Program-made: the position numbers and the translations under genes | The notes under the pieces: model-generated | Told to the model about the DNA's origin: nothing | The model's input: only the letters and a program-made list of their open reading frames with translations | The model's database searches: none | Source: Octopus bimaculoides | Lineage: Eukaryota | Reading direction: 5' to 3' | Assembly (NCBI RefSeq): GCF_001194135.2 | Contig: NC_068997.1 | Span: 42,490,675 to 42,554,674, forward strand | Length of the DNA stretch: 64,000 nucleotides | Shown here: one piece after another, positions 13,613-25,219 of the stretch | Numbering within the stretch: the stretch's first letter is position 1 | Layout: every line of letters starts with the position of its first letter

Positions 13613-14599
13613 ATGTACGTTATAATTTCCCACTTTTTGTTCCTTCCCCTCTGAAATAGTTCTAATTTCTTTTTATTGTGTGCTTAAAGCACATTTATTA
13701 TGAATGGCGGGCACAACGGTGTTAAGGAGCCGCTGATGCAACCCGCTATTGTTGTCTAGCACCCCTTTCCCGGTCAAAGACGTGTGATCAAAGGCCATCC
13801 ATCATCAATGACCGTCCGTTTTTTATTTACGGAATAGTATATCTAGGACTACATTATTCAATGCATCCATTTTTTTTCTTATAACATGCTTGGATATGAT
13901 TTGATGGATATATGTCTGCTATTTCTAACAGGTCGACAATCGTTTGTTATTGTTTAACCCGAAATCAGCTCGTAGATTAGACTTATAACAAAAGCACTCC
14001 CAGCTTTATTAATCATGTCCCTTTATTTTCAGACGTAGTGGATACTGTACTACGTTATTCAACTTGGCCTTCTCTTCTTTGTGATTTGAAGATGATTTGA
14101 CTGCCATGTCTAGCAAGTTTCACAAAGTTTTCGTTTAAAGACAGTTTTATTTCGCGATAAGTCGCTAATACTATTTAGCAAGTCATGTATGTCACATAAC
14201 TGTATTCTCTTTCATCTACTTGAAATTTAATTCAGAATATCACGATTATTGTTGGCACCGGAGAATGAAACAGAGTAACCTGTCGACGTTCAAATTTCGA
14301 TTTCGGAAGTGGGAGCCTTTACGCTTTAAGGTTGTTCAACTTGCTAGAAATGACAGCCAAATTCTCTCGAATCAAACCCTCTCTTTTTTTCTTCTTAAAA
14401 AGGAACATCATAGTGGGTAATGTAGTCTGAATGAAAAATAAGATGGTCACGATTAAAATGCATTTAATCATTAGGGGACTAAATCACTAATGAGCTGATA
14501 ATGTGAAAAACACAAACAAACATCTTTCATCTTAAAGTAGATTGGAGCAGTTTAGAGAAGAAGCCCTTATATTATTGTTTTAATTACTGTTTATCGACC

Positions 14600-15960
14600 A
14601 GTTCTGTGAAGTCGGACATAGGCATTAGATTCCCGGAATCGTCGGAGTTGGTATTTAAATTGTACAAAACGTATTAAAATGTTTAATTTTTCAGATATTA
14701 ACTTCACTAGTTTCTCAGAACTATTGAAGAATAATCAAACATGGTTTTCAGAAAGGAGGATTTTGTAGAATTAGTTCTGTTTCTAAGAGCAAAGTGTTTA
14801 GTAAATTTTTTATTTGGATTTTTGATATGACCCCAAGGTTCTTTAAATTATGTAGAGATAAACTTTTCAGTCTTTTACAATATAATTTTTATTTCCCCTC
14901 TTTCCTACATTTACTTCAGTTTTATATTCCAATAATACTTTAATTTTGATAAAAAAAGGGTTACGTATATTTGTGTTTATTACTTTTTAAGGTTGTCATT
15001 TAATTTGTTTTAAGGTGTTCAGTCTTTTAACTTTAAAATGTATTTCAAATTTTTGAACTAGTAAATAAAAATGTTCCTGATTTTTTTGTAATACTTTTAT
15101 AAAATTATTACTGTTCTTTATAGCCTTTTGATAAAAACTCCTTTAAGGAAGTAATAATGCTTTGGTTTTTAAATCCACAACGTAACCGGTTAGGATGTTA
15201 AAAAGTAACCTGGTGACTCTGATTGACCGTATATGTTATGTGCGTTCAATCAATATAAGAAATATATGATTGATTAGTTTAATTAAAGATACAGAAGCTG
15301 GAGTTTGAGTAGAAGATCTTATGTAGTCTTGGTTTTGAGGTACACACTGAGCACTTATGTTGGTTCGGAAGCAGTTTTTAGGTTATGCAAACTGGTGGTG
15401 TTGGTTCTGGTTGAAACGATATCGTTGGCAATTTGTTCCTAGTGTGAAATTGTTCGAATGTCACAGGTGTGATAGATAATTAACTGTTCCTTAAAATAAA
15501 CCTAATTGTCGTCATACACTATACACTTGTAGTGATGCTTGACTATATTATTACTCAAAGTAATCATTTCATCATGGTTGTTATTCTACATACTATATTC
15601 CCTACATTGATGTAACATAAATATTGCTATCAGTTTATATATAATACAGATTATTTCAAGTTGGTTTATGTGCATTTTCTGTCAAGCCTCATTGTTTTTT
15701 TTTAAGGACAATTACGAGACACTGGTTAACCTTTCTGTCTTATTCCTACGAGTTATAAAATGTGCCCCAGTTGGGTTCCAAATACGATTCACTCTGTCTC
15801 CTTCAAAATATATAGTGGCCTTTTATCTGTATTAAAACAACAACCTCCAGTCAGTTTTAAATTAAGTTTGATATAATATGAGCCAAGCGCCAGAGCAATT
15901 TTAAACTGGAACTGGTGAAAAGCTTTATTTGTAATGAACACTACGGTTAGTGTCAATAGT
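14600..15960 (-). mobile_element. Possible highly decayed L1/Tx1-like RT fragment
   Basis: Weak motifs FNTD.., VGIRQKG*PVS and ANDIV on the - strand; many stops. Confidence 0.3.
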
Positions 15961-16375
15961 TGACTGGAGTTGAAGGGTTTTTCTTTCTTATATTAGAGCC
16001 CACAGAATGAGAGCGAAAGAGTTGCTGGAGCTGCACAATAGGCACTCCTTTCTCATTCAACATAGCCTGTTTAGTGGGGAAAAAAGAAATAACTTCAGTA
16101 CTTGACTTTATTTACTGACAGTGAAGCGATAAAAGGGCGAAGTTGACTTCCAAGGAAATTTGAACTTAAAGCGCAGACAGCTGGAAGAAAATATTGCGGA
16201 GTGGCTGTGTGGTAAGTAGCTTGCTTACCAACCACATGGTTCCAGGTTCAGTCCCACTGCGTGGCATCTTGAGCAAGTGTCTTCTACTATAGCCTCAGGC
16301 CGACCAAAGCCTTGTGAGTGGATTTGGTAGACGGAAACTGAAAGAAAACCCGTCGTGTATGTATATATATATATG

Positions 16376-16411
<36 letters not shown>

Positions 16412-17482
16412 CAACTTAATGTGACAATCCCAATAAGGGAATACCCTACTGCTGTTTAGCCCTAGGAAGCTGGACCGCTTCCTGTCGGCCTTGACACAAT
16501 TACTGTGTCCTTAAGTTTGTGAAGGGGAGACAAGNNNNNNNNNNNNNNNNNNNNNNNNNNNNNNNNNNNNNNNNNNNNNNNNNNNNNNNNNNNNNNNNNN
16601 NNNNNNNNNNNNNNNNNNNNNNNNNNNNNNNNNNNNNNNNNNNNNNNNNNNNNNNNNNNNNNNNNNNNNNNNNNNNNNNNNNNNNNNNNNNNNNNNNNNN
16701 NNNNNNNNNNNNNNNNNNNNNNNNNNNNNNNNNNNNNNNNNNNNNNNNNNNNNNNNNNNNNNNNNNNNNNNNNNNNNNNNNNNNNNNNNATACATAGATG
16801 GGACAATACAGGACACTACAAACATTTAAGAATTGTCATTTAGTGAGTCTTTTTAGCTTTTTTTAAAAAAATATACGTTTAAAAATATATATATTTAAAA
16901 ATTTTTCAACAAAACTTGGAATTTTTCCAATGGTTTACACCTAATTCCAGGGTACACCAGTCTACACCTTTGTATTTTTTCAGGAAAGTTTTAAGTAGGG
17001 CCGCTCACTCGCAACTTCCTTCCTACTTCCTTCCATCTTTCCTCCTGAAGTAGCTTGCCAATTCTCTTTATTACGATAATAAAATATCATACATAGATGG
17101 GACAATACAGGACACTACAAACATTTAAGAATTGTCATTTAGTGAGTCTTTTTAGCTTTTTTTTTAAAAAAAAGCTTGCCAGCTAGTTAAAGAAGCCGGT
17201 TTCTCCTTCACAAACTTATGTAAATCATAGTGAAGTTCATTCACTGATCAGCAAAATTAGAAATATAATATTTCTAAATCTCTCAGAGAGATTTAAGCAG
17301 TAGTGGAGCGACAAAGTTGTAGTATATTGTCAATTTAATGTGACAATCCCAATAAGGGAATACACTACTGCTGTTTAGCCCTAAATATATTTCTAATTTT
17401 GTTGATCAGTGAATGAACTTCACTATGATTTACATAAGTTTGTGAAGGAGAAACAGGCCTCTCTATCCAGCTGGCGAGCTAC

Positions 17483-17525
17483 TTCAGACTGATGACGAGC
17501 AAGGACTCAGAAACATGTCCCTGAA
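17483..17525 (+). ncRNA. Degenerate minimal hammerhead-like motif
   Basis: TTCAG-a-CTGATGA-c-GAG(CAAGGA)CTC-a-GAAAC-AT-GTC-c-CTGAA; two mismatched core-adjacent pairs. Confidence 0.5.
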
Positions 17526-17992
17526 TGCTGGCTAGGCTGGGTGGGGGAGCTTGTCTCCCCTTCGCAAACTTANNNNNNNNNNGACAACCGATGCTGGTGT
17601 GTTTACGTCCCCGTAACTAGCGGTTCGGCAAAACAGACCGATAGAATAAGTACTAGGCTTACAAAGAATAAGTCCTGGGGTCGAGTTGCTCGACTAAAGG
17701 CGGTGCTCCAGCATGGCCACAGTCAAAAGACTGAAACAAGTAAAAAGAGAAAGAGACAATTTATCCATGGTTTGAAGGGTGACATTTATATAACAGTCGA
17801 ACCTGGACATTTTTCAGGGTCACGTGTAAAACTGCATTAGCATCGTGTGGTAAGGAGTTTGCTTCCCAACCAAATGGCTCCGGGTTTAGTTCCACTCCAT
17901 GGCACCTTGGGCAAGTGCCTTCTACTATAGCCCCAGGCCAACTAGAGCCTTGTAGAGTAGATTTGATAGACGGAAACTGAAAGAAGCCTGTC

Positions 17993-18040
<48 letters not shown>

Positions 18041-18483
18041 NNNNNNNNNNNNNNNNNNNNNNNNNNNNNNNNNNNNNNNNNNNNNNNNNNNNNNNNNNNN
18101 NNNNNNNNNNNNNNNNNNNNNNNNNNNNNNNNNNNNNNNNNNNNNNNNNNNNNNNNNNNNNNNNNNNNNNNNNNNNNNNNNNNNNNNNNNNNNNNNNNNN
18201 NNNNNNNNNNNNNNNNNNNNNNNNNNNNNNNNNNNNNNNNNNNNNNNNNNNNNNNNNNNNNNNNNNNNNNNNNNNNNNNNNNNNNNNNNNNNNNNNNNNN
18301 NNNNNNNNNNNNNNNNNNNNNNNNNNNNNNNNNNNNNNNNNNNNNNNNNNNNNNNNNNNNNNNNNNNNNNNNNNNNNNNNNNNNNNNNNNNNNNNNNNNN
18401 NNNNNNNNNNNNNNNNNNNNNNNNNNNNNNNNNTGAGGGCCAGACACATTGGATGTGAGTGTGTGCGTGTATGTATGTGTATG

Positions 18484-18531
<48 letters not shown>

Positions 18532-19169
18532 TGTGTAGCCTTGCCGTTGGGAGCTTGGGCTCGCGATCGTATGCTCGCGGGCTTTATTTTCAGACCAAGT
18601 GACGTTTCCTTGAGCAAGTTGCTCTTTTACATTGCTCCTGTCTCCAACTGAAATGAGTATCACCAGTAACCGGGGGCTCACTTTGTAACGGACTGGCGTC
18701 ACCATTCCACAAGGACTTATGTACACTCAGTCGCCTTAGAAACTGGATAAATTCGAGATTACACATCTCTAGTTTTTATGGTTAACTTTCACAGTGTGTG
18801 TGTGTGTGTGTGTTGTTGTTTTTTATAATGTAAACAAATAAACAACACTCATACATAGGCAGGCCCACTTCGAGATCTGCTCCTGCATAATCTATAACTT
18901 AGTTTATAGACTATAAGATAAAGTCAGATGTATACATAGCATTGTTAATGATTTGCTAGAAATAGCAGTCAGATTTTATATCGCACTGAATCACGTAGAA
19001 AAAGGATGTCCTAAATACATTACCGCTTAAAAAAGAAAGGGCAAAATTTGATCGAAAAATTGCCTGGGTCTAATTAATAAGAATCATGTATACAATTTCA
19101 AAATGATCAGGTTCATCAGTGTACTTTGCAGCGCACGCACACTTAGATAAATTTTGGCCAGAATTGGCC

Positions 19170-19560
19170 CAGGCTATAACTAACTTAACACCACCTGGAA
19201 CTGGAAAAGACATTTAATGATGCTTCATATTAGCCATTCTTTGGGCACTATATCCCATTCGAGTAGAGAGTTATTGTTTGCAGAGGTATATCCGGGTGTA
19301 GATGGTTTATTTGGAATCTGTTAGAGGTATTTATTATTCGTCCAGAACCCTTTGAATGTTATGAGTTTTTTTTCTTCTCTTACGTGTCTTGGAATGATGT
19401 TAAAGAGAGTAGGGCCAGTTGAGGTGAAGTATTTCTGTAGAAGACTGATGGCACTGGAGTCAAGCCTTAGGTGAATCTTAAAGTCGATGCCAACACCATT
19501 TGGGGAATGCTGATGGGATATTTTCCACATCATACAAATGATACAGAGCTCACATTTAAA
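19170..19560 (-). mobile_element. CR1-group LINE 3' fragment
   Basis: MWKI..HSPNGVGIDFKIHLRL..TGPTLFNIIPRHVR..FK followed by QIPNKPSTPGY, a CR1/Crack-type ORF2 C-terminus. Confidence 0.65.
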
Positions 19561-20240
19561 AGCACACAGTTCGAAAGACAGCTTTGTTTCAATATGCATA
19601 AACTGTACAACAAAGAACCACAATGAGTGCGTTAATGTAGTCACCCGACCTACAAGAAATGGTAGCCAAATTTCCTTCAAAATCACATACAGCTGTTTTA
19701 AAGAAAAGTCACACTAGGACCTATACACCCATAAAAATTTAAGATTGTCATAGTTAGCTTAATAGTCTTTCATTACAAGGCAGGGTAATCTCAATCGGGG
19801 ATGGCTTGGGAGCTAAACAAGAACAACTCATCGGAGAAATGCTTGGCCTTGGGTGGTGACGGCGGGAATGCCTTTGATCCTAGTTCTGCTGGATCAAGGC
19901 TGACCGCGGATTGACAGGCCCAGTCTCTATTTCAGACACTCAATAATAGATCAGTATGTTTTTTTTTTTAAACTGTGTGTAGCAATGTGTCTGAAAATAT
20001 TTTTTGTTTCTCCTTTCTCTTTACAATCTGTGAAAAAAAAAAAAAAAATCTATGTACTTCTTGTTTCAAATAAGGGAATTATTTTTCTCCCCCGTCTCTT
20101 CTTTGTACATCCACTGAAGTCGATTCTACCATTCACTCTTTCGAGTTCGGTGAGTACCAGTTGAGCACTGGGGCCGCAGTAATCAACTAGCTCCTCTCCC
20201 CCAATTTCAGACGTTGATGCTTGTACTAGGAAGAATTATT

Positions 20241-20392
20241 GATAATTTTTCAGATTAACACCCGCACGATCTTCACTAGGGTGTTAGGGTTACGGTTAGG
20301 GACGGAATTCCCAAACCCTAAAACCCTAACCGTAACCCTAAAACCCTAACACCCTAGTGAAGATCGTGCGGGTGTTAATCTGAAAAATTACC
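20241..20392. mobile_element. 152-bp MITE with ~50-bp TIRs, 8-bp TSD GAATTATT and internal telomere-like repeats
   Basis: Near-perfect TIRs; TSD at 20233-20240 and 20393-20400. Confidence 0.9.
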
Positions 20393-20767
20393 GAATTATT
20401 TTATTGGGTTCAGACATTTTTTTGTGTGGACCCTTAAAAACTTTTGGAATCAGTACTCTCAATGAAATGGCTGCATGGATATTATTCGTGATCCGCTGCA
20501 AATTCTTCATTGCTGAAAACTTGTAACAGGAAAGTTACGGCAGTAGATGACACATTCCCGTGCGCAGTGTATTTATATGTATGTATATACACTCGTGTGT
20601 TCTGATAATTTAGTTTAATGATTTCAAAATAAACAGTGTACACACACCGCACTCATATCCTTCTCTCACACACTCGTGTATGGATATGGATTTGTGCGCG
20701 CATGTATACATATGCATAGCTAATATACACGTATACTAGAAGACAAAGTTTGTACGTATTGTGTATA

Positions 20768-20819
<52 letters not shown>

Positions 20820-21514
20820 TACGATGGTAGACACACCTTATTGGCATATCTATTCAAGCGTGTCGTATGCCTACCTTATTTACATATGTAGCTTGTACAC
20901 ACAGTTGTTTACATTTGTAGGTTCATATACATGCGTTTGCCTCTCTATCCATAGATCCACCCATCCATCTACACACACATTTGGACGTATATATATATGT
21001 GTGTTGCGAATTTTTATTTCACATATCCACTCATTCAACTTGTATCGAATTGTTTACATATTCGTGTGTGTCTGTGTGTGTGTGTTCTCACACTGGCCTA
21101 CAACAGTATTCTTGGAAAAAGTATTTTGAGAAACACGACAAGAACCGGAAGTAACCTTTTGCTAGGTTGGTTGGTTTTATATGGTTAACCTTTCTTTCAT
21201 TTTGCCTGGTTGGTTAAAGAGGTCAGTCTATCTCACTGTGACACTCTGTCACCACACTAGTTTCCTTTTCATGGTCTCTTTTACTCTATTTATAGTCACT
21301 GAACTGTCACACTTGTGTGATTATCACAGTTTTTGGTTTTTCTTAAAAAAAAAACCACATTTTGTTTGTCATACTTTCTTTATCATCGCATTTCGCTTGG
21401 TTTGTTGGTTTATTTAGTTGTTAGCTCTCACGTAGTGAGCTCTATCGCTGAAGACATTCCAGCCGTGACCATCTCGTCTATTTTCAGCTTTATCTGTAAC
21501 TAACTATATTATCC

Positions 21515-21658
21515 AGCAGAGGTAAAGAATACGTACACCACCCGTTTTCGGCGTAACAAAAACCCCTAACTCCTAACCTTAACTCCCAACCCTAAACCCT
21601 AACCCTAACCCCTAACCTTGACCCTAAGCACCGGGTGTGCGTATTCTTTACTTTCGCC
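21515..21658. mobile_element. 144-bp MITE with imperfect TIRs, 8-bp TSD TATTATCC and internal (CCCTAA)-like array
   Basis: GGTAAAGAATACGTACACC / GGTGTGCGTATTCTTTACT; TSD at 21507-21514 and 21659-21666. Confidence 0.75.
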
Positions 21659-21699
21659 TATTATCCAATGTTTCCTTTCTTTAGCGCAAGCATACCTAC

Positions 21700-22200
21700 A
21701 GAAGTGTGCGATCTTCGATTTTGTTTTCTCATAACTTTCAGAAAAATGGATATATTTTAATAACATTTTCTGTAAATACGCATCATATGGTTTTGATCCG
21801 ATTATATAGGAATTTAATACGGCAGATAAATAATTGGTGGGGTCGCATAGATATGTACTGACACACATCTCATGTACAAAGTGAAACTAGAAATTTCGAA
21901 AACAATGATGTGTGGGTATGCGAGCCAATCAATTTATTTTTTCATATCAAATTCCGAAACAAACGTAAGCTCCTCACCCTGAAAGATAGAAAAATTAAAA
22001 AAATACCCATTTTTATGAAAGTTATGAGGAAACAAAGTCGACTCGTGTAAATTTTCCGAAACCCCTCTCCTCACTCTCGGAAAAGACTTTTTACAACATT
22101 TTACGATATAATCGGAATCTACTCCATCCGAAGCGTATTTGTAGAAAATTTCATTGAAAAATATCAATTTTTAAAAAAGTTATGAGGAAACAAAGTCATT
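21700..22200. repeat. DNA-transposon-like repeat with internal AAAGTTATGAGGAAAC sub-repeats; related copy at ~11460-11740
   Basis: Shared motifs CATAACTT..AAAATGG, GTTTCCTCATAACTTT and AATTGGTGGG.TCGCA. Confidence 0.5.
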
Positions 22201-24337
22201 GGGGTTTTGGTTTCATGGTGGTGGTGAGATATTTCTACTAGGTGCACCTGGCGGGGGAGGTACCCCATACAAGTTCCTAGGCTGATTTGTTGTCTGATGT
22301 AATTGGAAGGTTTATCTTTCAAAGCTTTTCTCACTCTCTTGGAGTGGATTTGGGTATCTTTTATTTTTATCTGTTACTTGTTTCAGTCATTGGACGGTGA
22401 CCATGCAGGGGCACTGCCTTGAAGGGTTCTTAGTTGAACAAATCAATCTCAGTTTCATGCGAGCTGGCAGAAACGTTAGCACGCCGGGCGAAATGCTTAG
22501 TGATATTTCGTCTGTCTTTACGTTCTGAGTTCAAATTCTTTTCCTTTCATCCTTTTGGAGTCGATAAATTAAGTACCAGTTGCGTACTGGGGTCGATCTA
22601 ATCGACTGACCTCTTCCCCCAAAATTTTGGGCCTTATGCCTAGAGTAGACAAGAATACATATTTTAAAGTCTGGTACTTACTCTCTTGGACTCTTGCCAA
22701 AAGTGATGTTACAGGCATGTAAACAAACCAACACCAGTTGTCAAGTGGTGTTAGGGAAGACAAAGACACAAAGAAACACACACACACCTGCATATATGCA
22801 TAGATGCACACACATGTATACATACATACATACACACATTTCATCATCATCATTTAACATCCGTTTTCCATGCTGGCATGGATTGGACATTTTGGCTGGA
22901 ACTGGTAAGGCCAGGGGCTACACGAAGTTCCACTGTCTGTTCTGGCATGGTTTCAACAGCTAGATGCCCATTCTCTCCCTCTCTCCCTCATACACAGAGG
23001 CTTCCATACAGTTTCTGTCTAGAAAATTTACTCACAAGGCACTGGAGCTATTGTAGAAGACACTTGCCCAAGGTGTCACACACTGGGCGTGAATCTTAGA
23101 CCATGTGGCTGCAAAACAAGCTTCTTAACCATGCGGCCATGCTGTTGGAAATATTTCATATGTGATGCTTTTGTTGAATCCTCAGATTATCATGGATTAA
23201 TCAAATGTTTTTAGAATGAATGTATTTGATGTGTTTACTTTTGCCATCTGTCCACTTGTAAATTATTCATAAAGTGGTGGTTGCACCAATATGGATAAAT
23301 GGGACAGCCCATTAGCCTTGTTGAATGAATGTCTAAATGGATTGTTTAGAGTTGACTGAAAATCATCCAAGAAAGATTTATGAAGAAGTAGAGATTTCAT
23401 CCATTTATAATCTTGAACACCTGGCAGAAACCTAGTGAACACCTAAACATCATTGCCTACCTGAAGGATTTATGATGGTGGTGAGATTAGTGATGATGAT
23501 GGTGAGATTAGGGATAAAAGTATAGGAAATGACTTGGGTTAACGCTCATGTTAAATCAAGAAACACAATGGGGGGTGAAATTCCAGAAGAGTCATGTTTG
23601 GAGAAAAACCTCTTTCTGTGCATGTGTGCGTGTGTGAGGAATCTGTTGGTGAGACCCATTGTAGCCCAAGGTGTACCCTGATTGAGGCCTTATGATGTTT
23701 GAGTAGGCAGCTGAATGACTAAATGTAACCCACAGATCTGTTTCGCCAGTTGTACCATGACACCCCAGCCTGGCTGGGGACCAGCCATACTGCATCCTTT
23801 GTCTGATGTGCAGTGATGAATTATATTTGGTACATTGTGACTGTCTGAACATGTACTCTCTTCACTCTCCTGCCTATTTTTGTTGTATATCTGTTGTCGT
23901 TTTGTCTCGAGTTAACGTTGATTGTGTAGATCTCTGATCAAACATTATCCTGCCCTTTTTGAAGATGGTAGTGTGTGATTTGAGAGATTTGGGTCCTATA
24001 TGTTGGATGACTAGATTCTGGTAGTGATAACAACACTAGACACAAAGGTGAATTCCATCGAAATGCGACCGCTGCTGTTTCTCTTCACTTATATGCACAA
24101 TTTTGATGGAGTGTATTCACAAATGGATCACATATATTTATTTGGAGTGAATGAGACTGTGGTATACTGTCTCTGTGGCTTAATTCTTGATTTTATAAAG
24201 AACAGGATAGCATTATCCATAAGTGGACCTAACTTATCTTAACTGTTGTAATATTTACATGAATATGGTGTAATTCTACAATATTAGAATACTGGTCATC
24301 TACCTTTCACTTATTTCTATATATGTCTGTCTATGTG

Positions 24338-24728
24338 TTGTTGTTGTTGTTGGCACTCCGTCGCTTACGATGTCGAGGGTTCCAGTTGATCCGATCAACG
24401 GAACAGCCTGCTCGTGAAATTAACGTGCAAGTGGCTGAGCACTCCACAGACGCGTATACCCATAACGTAGTTCTCGGGGATATTCAGCGTGATACAGTGT
24501 GACAAGGCTGACTCTTTGAATTACAGGCACAACAGAAACAGGAAGTAAGAGTGAGAGAAAGTTGTGGTGAAAGAGTACAGCAGGGTTTGCCACCATCCTC
24601 TGCTGGAGCCTTGTGGAGCTTTAGGTGTTTTCGCTCAATAAACACTCACAACGCCCAGTCTGGGAATCGAAACCACGATCCTATGACCGCGAGTCCGCTA
24701 CCCTAACCACTGGGCCATTGCGCCTCCT
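24338..24728 (-). mobile_element. tRNA-head SINE family A, 10-bp TSD TGTCTATGTG, (AAC)n tail
   Basis: Reverse complement of family A; TSD at 24328-24337 and 24729-24738. Confidence 0.9.
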
Positions 24729-24766
24729 TGTCTATGTGTATACATACATATATACACACATGCATG

Positions 24767-24807
<41 letters not shown>

Positions 24808-25131
24808 ATATATATATATATACATACACACACATACATACATGAATATTAAAATGCTGTGATAGTATTTCTAGATTAGTTTGTAAATAAATTTTACATA
24901 TGAATGAAGAATAATTTGGGTAGGTTTGCTGGTCAGTATCTCTTCTGTAGATTAGCTGAGAAGTCAGTAATGACTAGTGAAACTGGTTGTGTGAGTAGTT
25001 CATCACATTCTAAAGAGAGAGAGAGAGAACCCTCTGTTTAACCACTGGTTCTATTTTAATTACACAGCAGTGCTAAATGGAGGTTTATTGAAATAAACAT
25101 AGAAACAAATTTATTTACAAGTCATACATAT

Positions 25132-25219
<88 letters not shown>

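Noticed and set aside
14540-15250. AT-rich stretch resembling a mitochondrial insertion
   Set aside because: No recognisable mt gene, rRNA or tRNA motif; weak LINE RT motifs nearby explain it better.
21560-21630. CCCTAA arrays as a true telomere or fusion site
   Set aside because: Short, degenerate and enclosed by TIRs and TSDs.
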